Positions 50,501 to 63,917 of a DNA stretch of 64,000 bases are shown piece by piece. Origin of the DNA: Chlorokybus atmophyticus (lineage: Eukaryota; Plantae; Mesostigma and Chlorokybus algae); contig RHPI01002264.1 of the NCBI GenBank assembly GCA_009103225.1, forward strand, positions 294,170 through 358,169, given 5' to 3'. Within the stretch, counting starts at the first letter, position 1. Each line of letters begins with the position of its first letter. The notes under the pieces are model-generated. The model was not told the DNA's origin. It saw only the letters and a program-made list of their open reading frames with translations, and did no database searches. Position numbers and translations under genes: made by a program.

Positions 50501-53500
50501 AGCTGCGGACAATCCCTTTTAAGATGACCTTCCTGCTTGCACTGGTAACACTGGCCTTTAATGGGCTTCTTCTTCTTCTTCTGTTCTCCCTTGCCACCAC
50601 CACTGCTGCCACCATAGTTGCTGTTGCTGGAGTTGCCCTTGCTGCTAGTTGCATCTCCAGTGATTCTCCATCTCGCTGCATAGGCGCTGGCATCACCATC
50701 AGCATTGTTGCTCCTAATCCTGGACTTTGTCTTCAGCAGCACAGGCAAAATCTCACTCAGTTTCAACCTTGATGATGCACTCCTTTCTTCCAGCATAATG
50801 ACCACAACTTCATGCTCTCTAGGCAGCTGTGACGGTGCTCGTGCCTTGCTACCTGTGAGTTGGTCCAATCCACAACCCTCTCACCAAGGCACAGTATTCA
50901 CACCGGAACCTTGCCCCCTTCGCCAAGCACACACACGCGCCCCGCCACTCGCGTACGCACGCGCATGCGCTCGAAGCTACACACCGACTTGTGTAGCGCC
51001 TTGGATCGTCACACAAGCAAGCACACACCAGTGGCCACACGCTAGCAACCCCTGCTAACCACCACCAAGCTTGCACACCAGAAACTAGGGAGCTAAAGGT
51101 TGTATTGCAAATTGTAGGATGTCACTTTTATACCTACCAGTCTGCACATGCTACTGTCTAGACGACTCTAGCGCTAGACGGAACTAGAAGCTAAGATATT
51201 CTTGCAGAATCTTGTAGTACACTTCTAGACCTGTCCAACGCACCAAAGATCTCCTAATTTGCTGCTCATATGGTCAAGTTATACTACTTGGCGCCAGGCC
51301 CTTCCAGAAATCTGGTCGAGCCCTTCTCGACTGGCCCTCCGTTTTCTGGCACCTTCCGGACTGGTCTTGAGGCCCCGGTCGATATCCGCGCGCAGACTCA
51401 TAACTCGCCGATATCCGCCACAAGTCATAAAAAACATGTACCTTACAAATAAGGCCTAAAATGGCCATGAAAATCACCAAATTTGGCCTTGACTGTTACA
51501 TTCCTCCCCCCCTAGGTGAGCTTCGTCCTCGAAGCTCGCGAGGTTGTCGTCGAGCAAGATAGTCACGCACAACGTCTTGGGCGTTAGTCAAGTGTGCCTC
51601 TGGTTCCCAGGATGCTTCATGCAACGGATAGCCCTTCCATTTCACTAAGAACTTGCATACGCCATGCACAAACTTCTCACCAAGGATGTCTTCTACCTCC
51701 CACTCTGGTTCACCATCCGTGCCAACTTCGGGGGGCGGCCTTTCTGGCGGTTGTCCTCGATATGCTTTCAAAAGGGAGACGTGAAAAACGGGGTGCACAC
51801 GCATGGTGTCGGGTAGCTCCAGCTTGTACGCCACGTCCGAGATAACTTTGTTGACATTGAATGGTCCCAACCAGCGTTCATTCAGCTTGCGAACTCCCGT
51901 ACGCACCTGGACGTGCTTCGCGGAGAGTAACACAATGTCGCCTTCATGAAATGTGAGGTGTCGGCGATGCGCGTCCGCGTACTGCTTCTGCCAATTTTGT
52001 GCCACCAATAGCGCCTCCCTAGCTGCCTTGTTAATGTCCGCGCACTTTGTAAGGAAGTCATTAGCTGCCTCCACACGCACGTCATGTCATCGCGGTGTTC
52101 ATGCCGTCAACGGTGTCAATGGATGTTGCCCGTGGTTCATAAGGAAGGGAGTGACACCTGTGCTTGCGTTGTGGTGGTTGTTGATCGCAAACTCAACCAA
52201 CTCAAGCAGCTCCGCCCAATCGTCTTGTCGCGCGTTAACGTAGCATGTCCTCGATCACACGGTTGGCCCGCTCCGTTTGCCCATCAGTTTGCTGGTGGAA
52301 TGCCGTGCTAAACTTCAGTGTGGTACCCAGTGCACTATGCAGCGCCTCCCCAAACTTACTTGTAAAGCGCGGGTCGCGATCACTCACAATGCTTCGTGGT
52401 AATCCATGAGAACGAAATACATGCTTCACAAACAAGCGTGCTGCCTCCAATGCCGTGCAAGACTCACTACACGGTGCCAAGCGTACCATTTTGCTGGTTT
52501 TATCGACGAACACAAGTATAGCGTCGTACCCTTCTTTTGTCTTTGGTAGCCCCGTGATAAAGTCCATGGTAACTTGCTCCCACTTGGACAACGTCACAGG
52601 GAGAGGTTGCAGCAACCCACCTGGCTTTTGGTTGCTTGCCTTCACCCTTTGGCATGCGTCGCACAACGCCACGTAGTCGCGCATATCGCGATGCATCTCC
52701 CGCCAGTAAAAACGCTGTTTTAAGCTTGCCAAAGTCCTTTCCAACCCTTGGTGACCAGCACTGGGCACGTCATGAGCTTCCTTCAGCAACTTCACACGGA
52801 TATGCGCGACGTTGGGGATGTACAAGCGCCCGTGGTGCCACAGCAGCCCGTCGCGCATTGAACAGTGCCCACTTGTGTCCGTAGCTGCATTTTCCAGCTC
52901 TTGCAACACTTTCATACCCTCCGTGTCTTCACGAAGCACTTGCCGAATCTGGTCGGTCCACTCGGGCTGCACTTGAGCGAGTGCCTCAATTGCATTAAGC
53001 CGGCTCTGCGCGTCAGCAACACCATTTGAGGTACCGGGCTTGTACTTGATATCGAAGTTAAAAAGTTGAAAGAACTCAAGCCGTCGAGCTTGTCTGCAAC
53101 AGATGAGGTTGTGTTTGTAAGTACCTCAGTGGAGAGTGATCCGTCTCAAGCACGAACTTTTTGCCTTCCAAGAAACAACGCCATTGTCGTAGCGTCATGA
53201 CTTGCGCAAAAAGTTCCTTCTCGTGCACGGGGTAATTCAGCTCCGCACCACTCATCTTCTTGCTGAAGAATGCTACAGGTTGAAAGCCGTTGCCATGGTC
53301 TTGCTGCAAAACAGCTCCTACGGCTGTGTCGGACGCGTCGCAAGCCAAAATAAATGTCTTTTCCATGTCGGGGTGAGCCAGTACAAGTGCCTCCGTCATC
53401 GCCTTCTTCAACGCAGCAAATGCATGTTCCTCTGTTGCTGACCAGCTCCAAGGCTTTCCCTTCTTGAGTAGGGCAGTCAAGGGAGCAGCTATGCGCGAAA

Positions 53501-56500
53501 ACCCCATGATAAACTTGCGATAATACCCCGCAAGGCCTAAAAAGGACATCACCTCCTTTACGTTGGTTGGGGAAGCCCACTCGCGCACCACCTGCACTTT
53601 GTTGAGGTCCGGCTTGATGCCTTCATGCGACACGATGTGGCCTAAATACTCCACCTCTCGAAGCAAGAATTTGCACTTTTGTAGCTGGGCGTACAACTTG
53701 TGTTCGCGCAAACGCTGCAACACGCGCCGTAGAAGTGCCACGTGCTCTTCCTTTGTTTTCGCGTACACCAAAATGTCGTCGAGATACGCGAGGATTCCCT
53801 TACCAATCAAGTCAGCAAAAACGCTGTTCATAAGCATTTGAAATGTTGCCGGTGCGTTCGTAAGTCCGAAGGACATGACCAACCACTCGTAGTGCCCATA
53901 ACGTGTGTTAAAAGCTGTTTTCTCCACATCCTCGGGCGCGATGCGGATTTGGAGATAACCTCCAGCAAGATCAAGTGTTGTGAAGTACTGCGCACCTTGC
54001 AATTGCTCCAGCAACTCGTCGATACGTGGGAGTGGAAAGCAATTCTTCGTCGTGATGTTGTTGAGAGCTCGGTAGTCGACACACATGCGCAAGCTCCCGT
54101 TCTTCTTTCGTACAAACAAAATAGGTGCACCATAGAGGGACTTACTAGGCCTGATGTAGCCTCTTTTCAGCAAGTCCGCCACCTGCCTCTCGGCCTCTTC
54201 CAGCTCCAAAGGTGACAACTTGTATACGGGTCAATACGGTGGCTTGTGCACGCCCTCAATCAGCTCCACACGGTGGTCTACGCTCCGTAGAGGGTGGTAG
54301 ACCAGATGGAAGTCCGTCCACCATGATATCTTGGTATTCTTTAACAAGTTTACACACCTCGGGGGCCATTGTAGCCGTTTTAACATCGTCACTCAGCTCT
54401 GGTGCTGACTTTGCAGTGTTTTCGCGCACCACGCACAACCATGCAGCCTTTGCCTTCCGTGGAGACAATAACTTCCTCAATTGCACATAAGAGATCTGGG
54501 CAATTGTCGTACCACCTGATTGTGCGTGCCGCGCCTCGATGACGTCCGATGCAGCTTGAATGGATTCTCCACCATTTCGTTCGATGGTGAGCGCGCGCTT
54601 CCCATAATTGATGGATGGATTATGTTGCCATAGCCACGGTAGTCCCAATATACCGTACAACCCGTTCCGTAGGGTGATGCAGCAAAATCGCATATTCTTC
54701 TTCATCTTCCCAATGCGAACGCACAACTCTTTGGTCATAAACGCAGCAGCGCCATCACCTCCAGAGGGTTGCTCTCCATCAGCGAGCTTCACTTCACCTC
54801 CTCATTATGACGAAAGCCAACCGTAACGCCGCGCAAAATCAATACTCATAAAGTTGCTGTTGGCACCGGTATCAATCATGAGCTTACACTCTCTCCATCG
54901 TCCTTGGTCATCGCAAATGTGTGCTCGAAGCCCGAAGTACTTTGTTGTCTCCTCTTTTGCATAACTCACCACCATTGGCGCGTTCAAAGCCATCTCCTCT
55001 TGCTTCTTTAATGGAAATGTCACAGCATCCGTCCGTGCATGAGGCTCCTTCCTATCCCCAGCAGTAGCCTCCTCACCTACTGGGGGAAGTCGTTTTTCTG
55101 CTCCACGCCATTTTGCTCCATGGTGTTGACGCGACGATCACGGCGAGGGTTGCCATCCAGTGTTGGCCTTTGCGTGCTTCGTTTGGGGCATCCGTACGCC
55201 AAATGCTCCGTCGACCCACACGCATAACACTTGCGCACACCTTTACCTCTTTCACCACGTCCGCCGTGCTTCGCCTCACTTCCATGCGTGTGTATGGCAC
55301 CCACCTCCATTGGTGCAGGCCCAGAGTCAGCTCCACCTCCATTGGCAAGTACTAAACTTGGTTCTCCTCGTCTCCATGCATGTTGAAAGCCTCCCCGGGG
55401 CTAATCACCATGCCTTTGCCTCCAGTTAGTGTTTCTTGTGGTGGACTTGAAGTACAACGCGTCCAGACGCTCCGCGATGCGTATAGCCTCCGCGAGTGTC
55501 TTCGAGTCCCGTAGCTCCACTTCTTTACGCCCAAAGGTTTTAACCCACATGTATACCTGTCCAGCTGCTCCTCTTCGGTCATATTGGGTATGGACATCAC
55601 CAATCGCTGAAACGCGGCCGTGTACGCCATCACCGACCCCATTTGCACAAGGGCTGCAAGTTTGTCGCGTGCGGCCTTCACGCTCTCAACGGGAACAAAT
55701 TGATGCCTGACCTCCAGTGCCAACTCTTCCATGGTGGTCAATGGTAGCGCCAAACCGTTTGCAACACGCGTACATCGATGCCTCCACCACACAAGTGCTG
55801 CACCTTCAAGCTATGTCGCTGCAACATCCACGTGCAGATGCGTGGGCACCTCCGTGAGCTTCAACCAAGACGATACTTGAAAACTCCATTCATCCACTGC
55901 ATCTCCATCACGTTGACCCCTGAATGGCTTGGGCTTTGGCACCTTCACATGCACGCGCGAGCTTGATGCCATGGGAATTTGTACACGCGCCATCGCATGC
56001 TCATCGCCTCGCGTTGTGCTTGTGCCGCCGCTTGCGTGTGATGAAGCTCTTCTCTTAATGCTAAGATGGCAGCTTGAAGCTCTTCCATGCGAGCATCCTC
56101 CATCTCCACTAACACACTACACTCCGCTTCTGAATGAAAAGTGTAAACGCCCACACACTTCCTCTCTCACCTTCGTAAACCGTGCTCCGATACCAGTTGT
56201 GACGGTGCTCGTGCCTTGCTACCTGTTAGTTGGTCCAATCCACAACCCTCTCACCAAGGCAGCGTATTCACACCGGAACCTTGCCCCCTCTGCCAAGCAC
56301 ACACACGCGCCCCGCCACTCGCGTACGCACGCGCATGCGCTCGAAGCTACACACCGACTTGTGTAGCGCCTTGGATCGTCACACAAGCAAGCACACACCA
56401 GTGGCCACACGCTAGCAACCCCTGCTAACCACCACCAAGCTTGCACACCAGAAACTAGGGAGCTAAAGGTTGTATTGCAAATTGTAGGATGTCACTTTTA

Positions 56501-57510
56501 TACCTACCAGTCTGCACATGCTACTGTCTAGACGACTCTAGCGCTAGACGGAACTAGAAGCTAAGATATTCTTGCAGAATCTTGTAGTACACTTCTAGAC
56601 CTGTCCAACGCACCAAAGATCTCCTAATTTGCTGCTCATATGGTCAAGTTATACTTCTTGGCGCCAGGCCCTTCCAGAAATCTGGTCGAGCCCTTCTCGA
56701 CTGGCCCTCCGTTTTTTGGCACCTTCCGGACTGGTCTTGGGGCCCCGGTCGATATCCGCGGCAGACTCATAACTCGCCGATATCCGCCACAAGTCATTAA
56801 AAACATGTACCTTACAAATAAGACCTAAAATGGCCATGAAAATCACCAAATTTGGCCTTGACTGTTACAGCAGCCCAGACAGCACACTCAGACACATATC
56901 GTCATCTGCGATAGTCTCTCCAATAGAGGTCAAATCATTCTTGATGTTGTGCACGTCATATATCCTCTGTAACTGTCTATAAACATAGCTTTCTCATACT
57001 ATTGAATGCTTGCTTGAGCTCAATCTTACGACCAACAGAGCGTGTGGAAAATAAATGTTCCAATGCTTCCCATGCAGCTTTGGCATCAGAACATGACTAC
57101 AACATTGGCCTATGAAACGGCTCGACATGCATGCACATCAAAGCCAAAGTATGCATACTCTTCTTCTGCCAAGCAGACTCATTCCCAACTGGTACACTTA
57201 GCTTTGTATCAACGTAGTCCCAGAACTTTTTATAAATTAGCTTCATCTTCATCTCGAAGCTCCAGCTTGCGCAGGTCATCTCCCAGGGGTTTAATGGTAT
57301 ACTTCTCCTTCTCTGCATCCATTGTAGTTGCCATTAAATTCTCCAAGCCGCTCAACCTTCAGCAAACTTTCAGCAGACCTCCTGCCTGTTCGCCTACCCT
57401 CTTAGGATAGCTCCACCAACTTCTAGCAACGTTCTAACAATGTCAAACACAGAGGACAATCACTCTCCCAAGCTACACACAGCTCTAGCATGGGTGTGGG
57501 ACCATAACCT
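47560..57510 (-). mobile_element. Degenerate Ty1/Copia retrotransposon with Gypsy B nested in gag
   Basis: PBS-like GGTTATGGTCCC at ~57498-57509; gag SWSFEMKMKL and CYQCKQEGHLKRDC; PR WVFNSG..HL; IN CEPCLLSK and VHTDVCGP; RT IPVKWVYKVK, YKARLVAKGF, VFVDDIL, YCELAGSLLYL; order gag-PR-IN-RT. LTRs not resolved. Confidence 0.9.
50828..56869 (-). mobile_element. Ty3/Gypsy chromovirus, family B, full length with frameshifted ORFs
   Basis: LTRs 50828-51500 and 56198-56869 (about 98% identical by eye), TSD GCAGC, PBS TGGTATCGGAGC, PPT at 51501; PR IDTGANSNF, RT YLDD, IN, chromodomain WEVEDIL..FLVKWKGYP. Confidence 0.96.
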
Positions 57511-59755
57511 CTTGACTGAAGCTATTGCATGCAACCATGCACAGCATACAACATACACACGCAATGGTTCAGCTTGTGCAAGCTACACCGCCAGAGAAGT
57601 AACTCGAGAGTATACTGTGCTGATAGGACGCCGGCTGCGTCGGCTATGGGCCATGACTCGGGTCTTATCAAAAAGATCAGCCCGGACTGTGCTAGTCCTA
57701 ACAGCCTGCAGCCCATACACAACTGCAGTATAGAGTAGCTTTTCCAATGTCACTAAATTAGCTACTCAGAGTCCTAATAGACCAGCTGACTGCATACAAG
57801 TCATGAGAGTCATAAACCATACATAACATAATCTATCCTCAATAGTTCGAAATTCTAATGGGTGCATGTGCGTTTATGTGAACATGACTCGGAGTGCGTG
57901 TATAATCGCGATAGCTGCTAGAAAACTTGATCGCTTCACTGGTCCGCACTTTACTAGTGAATACCAATCACTAACATCAACGACTATGCTGGTTGACAGC
58001 AATAGTACCAGGTTGGCAACTATGACCGCATACCATGCATTGCAGCTTTGTGTTCTCACTTGGTGCCACACGATGGATACATGCAGTATCTCACAACCAC
58101 TGACCACTAACCTCTGAGCAGTAAGCTTCTGCTATAGCCGCATGACACCAGTGTAACAGTCATAGCGAGGTAGTATTGCTTTTGCTCTCATGTATCTGCT
58201 CTCACGCGCAAGCTTGCCACAGGCCATGTTTATGAGGCTTGGCCCACAGCTCCAGCAACCACTAGCAGAACACGCCTGGTGCTGACTCTTGCAAGGACAG
58301 TTGGAGTTGATTCTGGCTAAGAGACCATTCTGACCGCGTTGGTGGAAGGTGACAAACCTTGCGCAACAGCTCGAGCAACAGCAAGCAGCCCCATCAAGTG
58401 TGAAGCTATTGCATAAAGCGCTTCATGTATCATTTACGAATATGATACGGTTGGGCAGCGTACCAAGTTCATGATCTGCGCCGCAAACGGCATGATGTAG
58501 CAATGTTGTGTAAAAAGACCGTCACCGCTACTGCAATGGCTTGCTCTTTGCTTGTGAAAGTACAGTCATTATGACAAACACTGTCAGCATGAGACGGGAG
58601 CTACATGTCAAGGTGTACCGGTGCAGACATGCCACAGTTGACTTGCAATAACAGGCAAACATTCGGTACTATTATCACACAATACCATACGACAGTAGAC
58701 ATGGATAGAACAATGCCTGTCGGTTGCTACCACAATCTACTACTGCCTTGGTGTAAACCATCACGCTACCCCGTCGCGCTACACACGGCACATGCACACA
58801 CAGCACCACAGTCGCCGCTGTGTGCGGTCCCCACTGTCAGCACATCGCTGCCACGATTGGCACGATGGGCGCCCAGCCCAGCACAGCCCTCAACTTATGG
58901 TCAGGTGTGTACTGCACCCTACCACCGCGTGATCACCTGAGCAACTGCCACAAAGACAATGAAGACTGCTGCTGCTTCATGTTCAGCACCCTCGCCCTTT
59001 CACCGAGTGCTTAAATCTGCATGGGCTGTCCGTATCATTAAGTGGTTGCACTCATAAACGCGTAGACAAAACTGTCTTTGGCTGTGCAGTGTCAAAAACT
59101 GCTTTGTATAGAGTAGCTTGACCCGGCGTGAGAGGTGTCTCTTTTTGCCAGCGGTTTTGATTTGGTGCGACTTTTAGAAACCCCCTTTCACATGGAGCTG
59201 AATCAAGAGGTCTACAGCCTGAGTGAAGCCTGTGCTGGAGTCGCAGTGGTGAAGAGATCCACGTATGCCTCTCTTTGTCCCAACCCGGTTCCTTGGGTAT
59301 ATTCATATTCATATATTCTAACCCTATCTATTAAATATTACTTGCTGTATCTGAAAAAAGCGGTGACTGCAGCGCACGTCGTTCTCAATGCTCGGTTCAG
59401 CTTAGTTGCGCGGCCGCATCGCTGCAACAACGACGACGTCATTCTGTCAACCGGGCATTGGAAAGCATACGCTGTTGCATATTCCATGGCCCGGTTCAGC
59501 TTGACAGGGGCAAAACGACAGGGCCCAGGTTTAAACATCTTGGCGTTTTGCGTTATCCGTAACGCCAAGATGTCAGTGCGCGTGGCGGCCTTTCTTTTTC
59601 TTGCTTTCCTCCTCAGTAAACTGGCATCTGGCTTGCACCATGTTGGTACGACTGGGTGCAACGCTGCTGCTTTTGCGTGCCAGTATTACATTGCTTGGCC
59701 TTCTGGGCGCGATTAGTGGGCTGGGTTGGCCTGGTTTGAAACAAGCAGCCCAGCC

Positions 59756-60958
59756 ATGGCGCGTGCCCTGGCGTTCCTCTTCCTCTTCCTTGCCAGCAGC
59801 GCCCCCCTGAGCGGTGTCCTGGCGGCGGATCCCGACCCAATCGTCGACTTCCCCAACCCCGACGCCCCTGTCGCAACCAGCTTCAACGGCTCACCCGAGG
59901 TCTTGGGACCTGGGGGAAAGATCCAGCCCCTCATTGTCCGAACCTTCCCCGGGCTCCAGTACGTTGGCTTGCGTGCATTCTGTTCTGGCAATGATCATCA
60001 GTGATGCACTGCACGTCTGACGCGATGGATGAATCTTACTCACTGCTACTACTTGATGATGGCAGGGGCATGCAGCTGAGTATGGCGCTCCAGACGTTCG
60101 AGCCTTGCAGTCAGATCCCGCCTCACTCGCACCCGCGTGGCTCCGAGGTGTACTACGTCATCAGCGGGCAGGTCACCGCCACGCTCATCGACACATCACG
60201 TAAGTGACATGTGGGAATGCGTATTGCATGCGTGTAAGTAGTAGTCTTGGCAGGGCGCAAAGTCACTGAACGCATGCATCCCAAAGTGTACATGTGCACG
60301 CGTGTGGTTGATGATGACAAAACGGCTGCATGTGTGTACAGTGAAAGTGAGGATCAACACGCTTCGTGCCGGAGATGTGGCGCTGAACCCGCGCGGGTTG
60401 GTTCACTCCCTTACCAACTTTGACACTGAGAAGAGTGCGGTCGTTCTTGCAACCTTCAGCAGCGAGTTCCCCGGCGTACAGGTCAGCAACATACAACAGT
60501 TTCATGTTGTGCATGCCTGTTCACATGATATGCAATGTGCTGTTGTGCACACGCAGCACTATGCAACATGTTGACAACCACAACACAGCATTGACACTAT
60601 GCACGTCAGAATTGTCACCACCGGGCTAACATCTGCTGCACTACCACCCTACCGCTACTAGTCCTTCCCGTTAGACATGCATGCACATTGTGATTGCATG
60701 TCCACACGGTGGTGTGTATATGACATAATGAACTGACACATGTCAAACTCTGCCCCCACGCAGCTTGCTTTAGAGTCTCTCTATCGCACTCCCCTGGACA
60801 TCCTGCAGTTCTCGTTGGGTCTGTCCGTGCACAAGCTCGAGAAGCTCAACAGCACGCTCGACCTGCCCGTGGGGTCCTTCCGCAAGGGGGACCACCACGC
60901 CTGCCTCCATGCACAAAAAAGCTACCCACCCACCTTCCCGAATGGGTATGTTTACTGA
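59756..60958 (+). CDS. Secreted germin-like/spherulin-like cupin, ~223 aa, 4 exons
   Basis: Exons 59756-59958, 60066-60199, 60342-60481, 60764-60958 stay in phase (672 nt). Signal peptide then ADPDP; germin box 1 PPHSHPRGSE and box 2 G....PRGLVH retain the His-His-Glu-His metal ligands. Confidence 0.92.
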
Positions 60959-61430
60959 GTAGTATGAGGCTTAGACGCAGGGCAGTGCTGCTGTGATCCC
61001 ACGCCAATGGCCTGGCTCAGCAGCGGTGCATAGGGTTTTGTTTTGTAAGTGGCAGAATGAGGGACATAAAGGCACCGCAACATTTGTGCACGGCTTTATC
61101 AACAAAAACGCACAGATTTTCTGGTTGGTGCAGTCTTGCAGTATGCTACCAACACCGCTGCTAGCAACTACGTCAAACTTTGTACTTGCAATGCTCCCCT
61201 CACCTGGCCGGTGACTGGATGGTGAACTGAACACTGCATGGGATGGGGTAGAGACCGTGAGGGTTTGACATGCAACGGAGTTTTGTATGCACACAGGTCT
61301 TCCCACAGCCCCTCGCTCCACACACGCATTGAATAACCTCGTCACTACACACATATAGGCACGCACAGTCGTATGCGCAAACGCGCGCGCAAGTAAGCGC
61401 TCACACACGCGCATGCATGACCGCTTTAAC

Positions 61431-61822
61431 ACATATAGTTGCACGGCTGCGCTCGTGGGCACGAGCAGATGCATACTTACACGCGCACATGCAGGCGTTG
61501 TCCCTGGACTGCAAGGCACACCCATTCGCATGCAAACACACACGCACGCGCACGCATGCAACTTTGATACACATTCAGTTGCACAGATGCGCATGCAGGC
61601 ATGAGCAGATGTATACTTAGGCAGGCGCTGTCGCTGAACTACAGATACGCACATTCGCACGTGCGCTGGCACGCACAGCTATGACCACGTGCGCACAAGC
61701 ATGCACGAGCACCAGATACACTCGCACGCACGCACGCACGCGCATTCAGTTGCATGGCTGTGCATGTAGGCAGGAGCGGATGCATACTCACACGCGCACA
61801 CACGCAAGCGCTGTCGCTGGAC
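61431..61822 (+). repeat. Degenerate subtelomeric tandem repeat (3 units, ~140-170 bp) in GCAC/GCAT-rich DNA
   Basis: CAT(A/T)(T/C)AGTTGCA..GAGC(A/G)GATG(C/T)ATACT..GCG(C/T)TGTC(C/G)CTG(G/A)AC at ~61431, ~61571 and ~61741. Confidence 0.7.
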
Positions 61823-62599
61823 AGCAAGGATGCAAGCGCTGGACAACAAGGACACGAGCGCATGCAAGTACTGTAAAGCAGGACCTGTAGTACTCTATTC
61901 TACTTGGTATGACTAAGCCACATACATGTGAGTTGCCTTGCCTGATGCCTGACGACTGTTGCTGGGTTGATGTTGCGTGTTTATGCAAGCACATGCACGT
62001 GCATGGTGCTCGACAACGAGTAACAACAAGTCCATGTGCATGTAGTGATGACGTCCGCCAAAAATGTTTGCTACTTATGAGCCTTACAAACACTTGAAGT
62101 CTGCGAGCAGCAGCTCCTGCAGACACGTCGAGTGTAGTGTTTGGCTATGCGGCTGTCACGGTGACAACTATTACACCAAGATACAGCGTTTGCATCCCAG
62201 GGCTGGCTCTGATGCAAGCGTACATCCACATGGCCGTCGTCAACTTACTGTTTCTTGCGAGCAATTCTATGCTGGTGAATGTGTTTGCAGTGAAGGCACG
62301 CCGGTGCGTGCCATGATAGTTTGCCAGCGCAAGCGCTGATCCCCTTGCAGCTCAGGAACCAGCCGTTGCTGAGCACGCAGCAGTATTTGAGCCAGCTGCA
62401 ACTTGTCATTGCTTGCACATGCAGAGGTGACCTTACTCACGCAACCGGCTCTAGCTATAGACAACAATGTTGGTCACGGTGCTGCACACGTGGTGGTAGT
62501 TTGCTATACCTTCAAGCTGAATGTTAGGCATAAATGTGACCTGCTCCGGATTAACGCCATCGCATGGAGAGCTATCAGCTGCACTTGGTGGGTCACCAC

Positions 62600-63363
62600 A
62601 TGCACCACTCAAGACTGGCAGATACGGTATGTCTCGCATTGGTCGAATTTGCCATTGCTCGTAACCAGCCATGATGGCAGCAGCACGCACGTGTTTGTAG
62701 AGTAGGAGAGGCCCTTCTTTGCCAATGTTCTCCTTGACAACGCGGTGCATGTACACATATGCATGGTAAGATTACTTTCGTAGCTGGTGTCATACTCCGG
62801 TGACATTAAGTAGAAGAGACCGAAGGTGAGGTCTATGATATGAAGACGACTTGCACCAGCAAAGAGCTTGGCAACAACGATGTTTGCTGCTGCATGTGGA
62901 CGCTTGCTCTCCAGCATGAAGGGTCCTTTGTAACCGTTGCGGCCAGCCTCACATTCGCGTCTGCGCTCAGCTAAAATGGACATGCCGCTCTCAATGGTCA
63001 GCAAGGCTTCAACCAAGCGCACTGGTAGGCGGTTATTAAAGAAGATGCCATCTTCTTCAAGGGTTAGGGTTATGAAATGCGAGAATGCTCGACTGGCGAT
63101 AGTGGCTCTCAGCATAATTGTCGCAGCAAAATCGACATACTGGCTGATGTTCTTCTGGCACAAATACATCGCTCCTCATCTGCTTGCATGCATCTAAAAT
63201 CGAAACATTTCATACGCAGCTTGTCATACTCAGGTGCTGCATAGGAGTTAGGGAATTGCTGTTTCAGTGCCTCGTACACCTCAGGGGACGCAGCCTGTCT
63301 ATCCATGCCTTGTCCCGGTACTCCCATGTGACCGTCTCGGAGTTGAAGTGGTCGATGACTCAC
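62600..63363 (-). mobile_element. Possible MULE/Mutator transposase C-terminal fragment with decayed SWIM finger
   Basis: TIASRAFSHFITL..NNRLPVRLVEALL, then YESNLTMHMCTC, frameshift, GPLLLYKHVRAAAI, resembling CxC..CKH. Confidence 0.4.
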
Positions 63364-63917
63364 TTGAAGTCGCGTAGGTCCGCCGTGCCAGGCCTCCCAC
63401 TGAACTTCGGTGTGCTATTTATGATTGAAGCTGAATCACGTATTACTCCACCCTCGTCATTTGAACCCTCGTCACTTGACAACTTCACCTCTTTGACAAG
63501 GCCCTCCTTCACTAAAGTAATCCTTCCTTTCGACGCTCCTTTCTTCGAGGGCACCTTGGATGGGCGTGAGTGCCAGCCCTCTTCAGATCTAGTGGGCATG
63601 AACTCACCTGCAATCCGCTTTGACCTTGAGCAAACTCAACTGATGGGTTGGGGATGCAAGTGTAAGATGCGTGTCCCCGTGCAAATGATAGGCAAGACAT
63701 CCACAACTTGACTGACAATCAGGTGTTCATTCGTGTGGAGCGATCCAAACCTATTCCTCACTCAATGTACATGCTAAGGCAGCCCACACGGTGCATCAAA
63801 GTCGCAACAGTGACATACCCCTTCATGTACAGCAATGCACAACAACGAGCACGTGCACGCACACCATACATGCAAGCATGGGCACAAGCATCCGCTCAGC
63901 CAAGAACCTCTTCCCAA

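Noticed and set aside
63060-63072. Interstitial AGGGTTAGGGTTA
   Set aside because: Only two units inside a transposase-like frame; compatible with chance.
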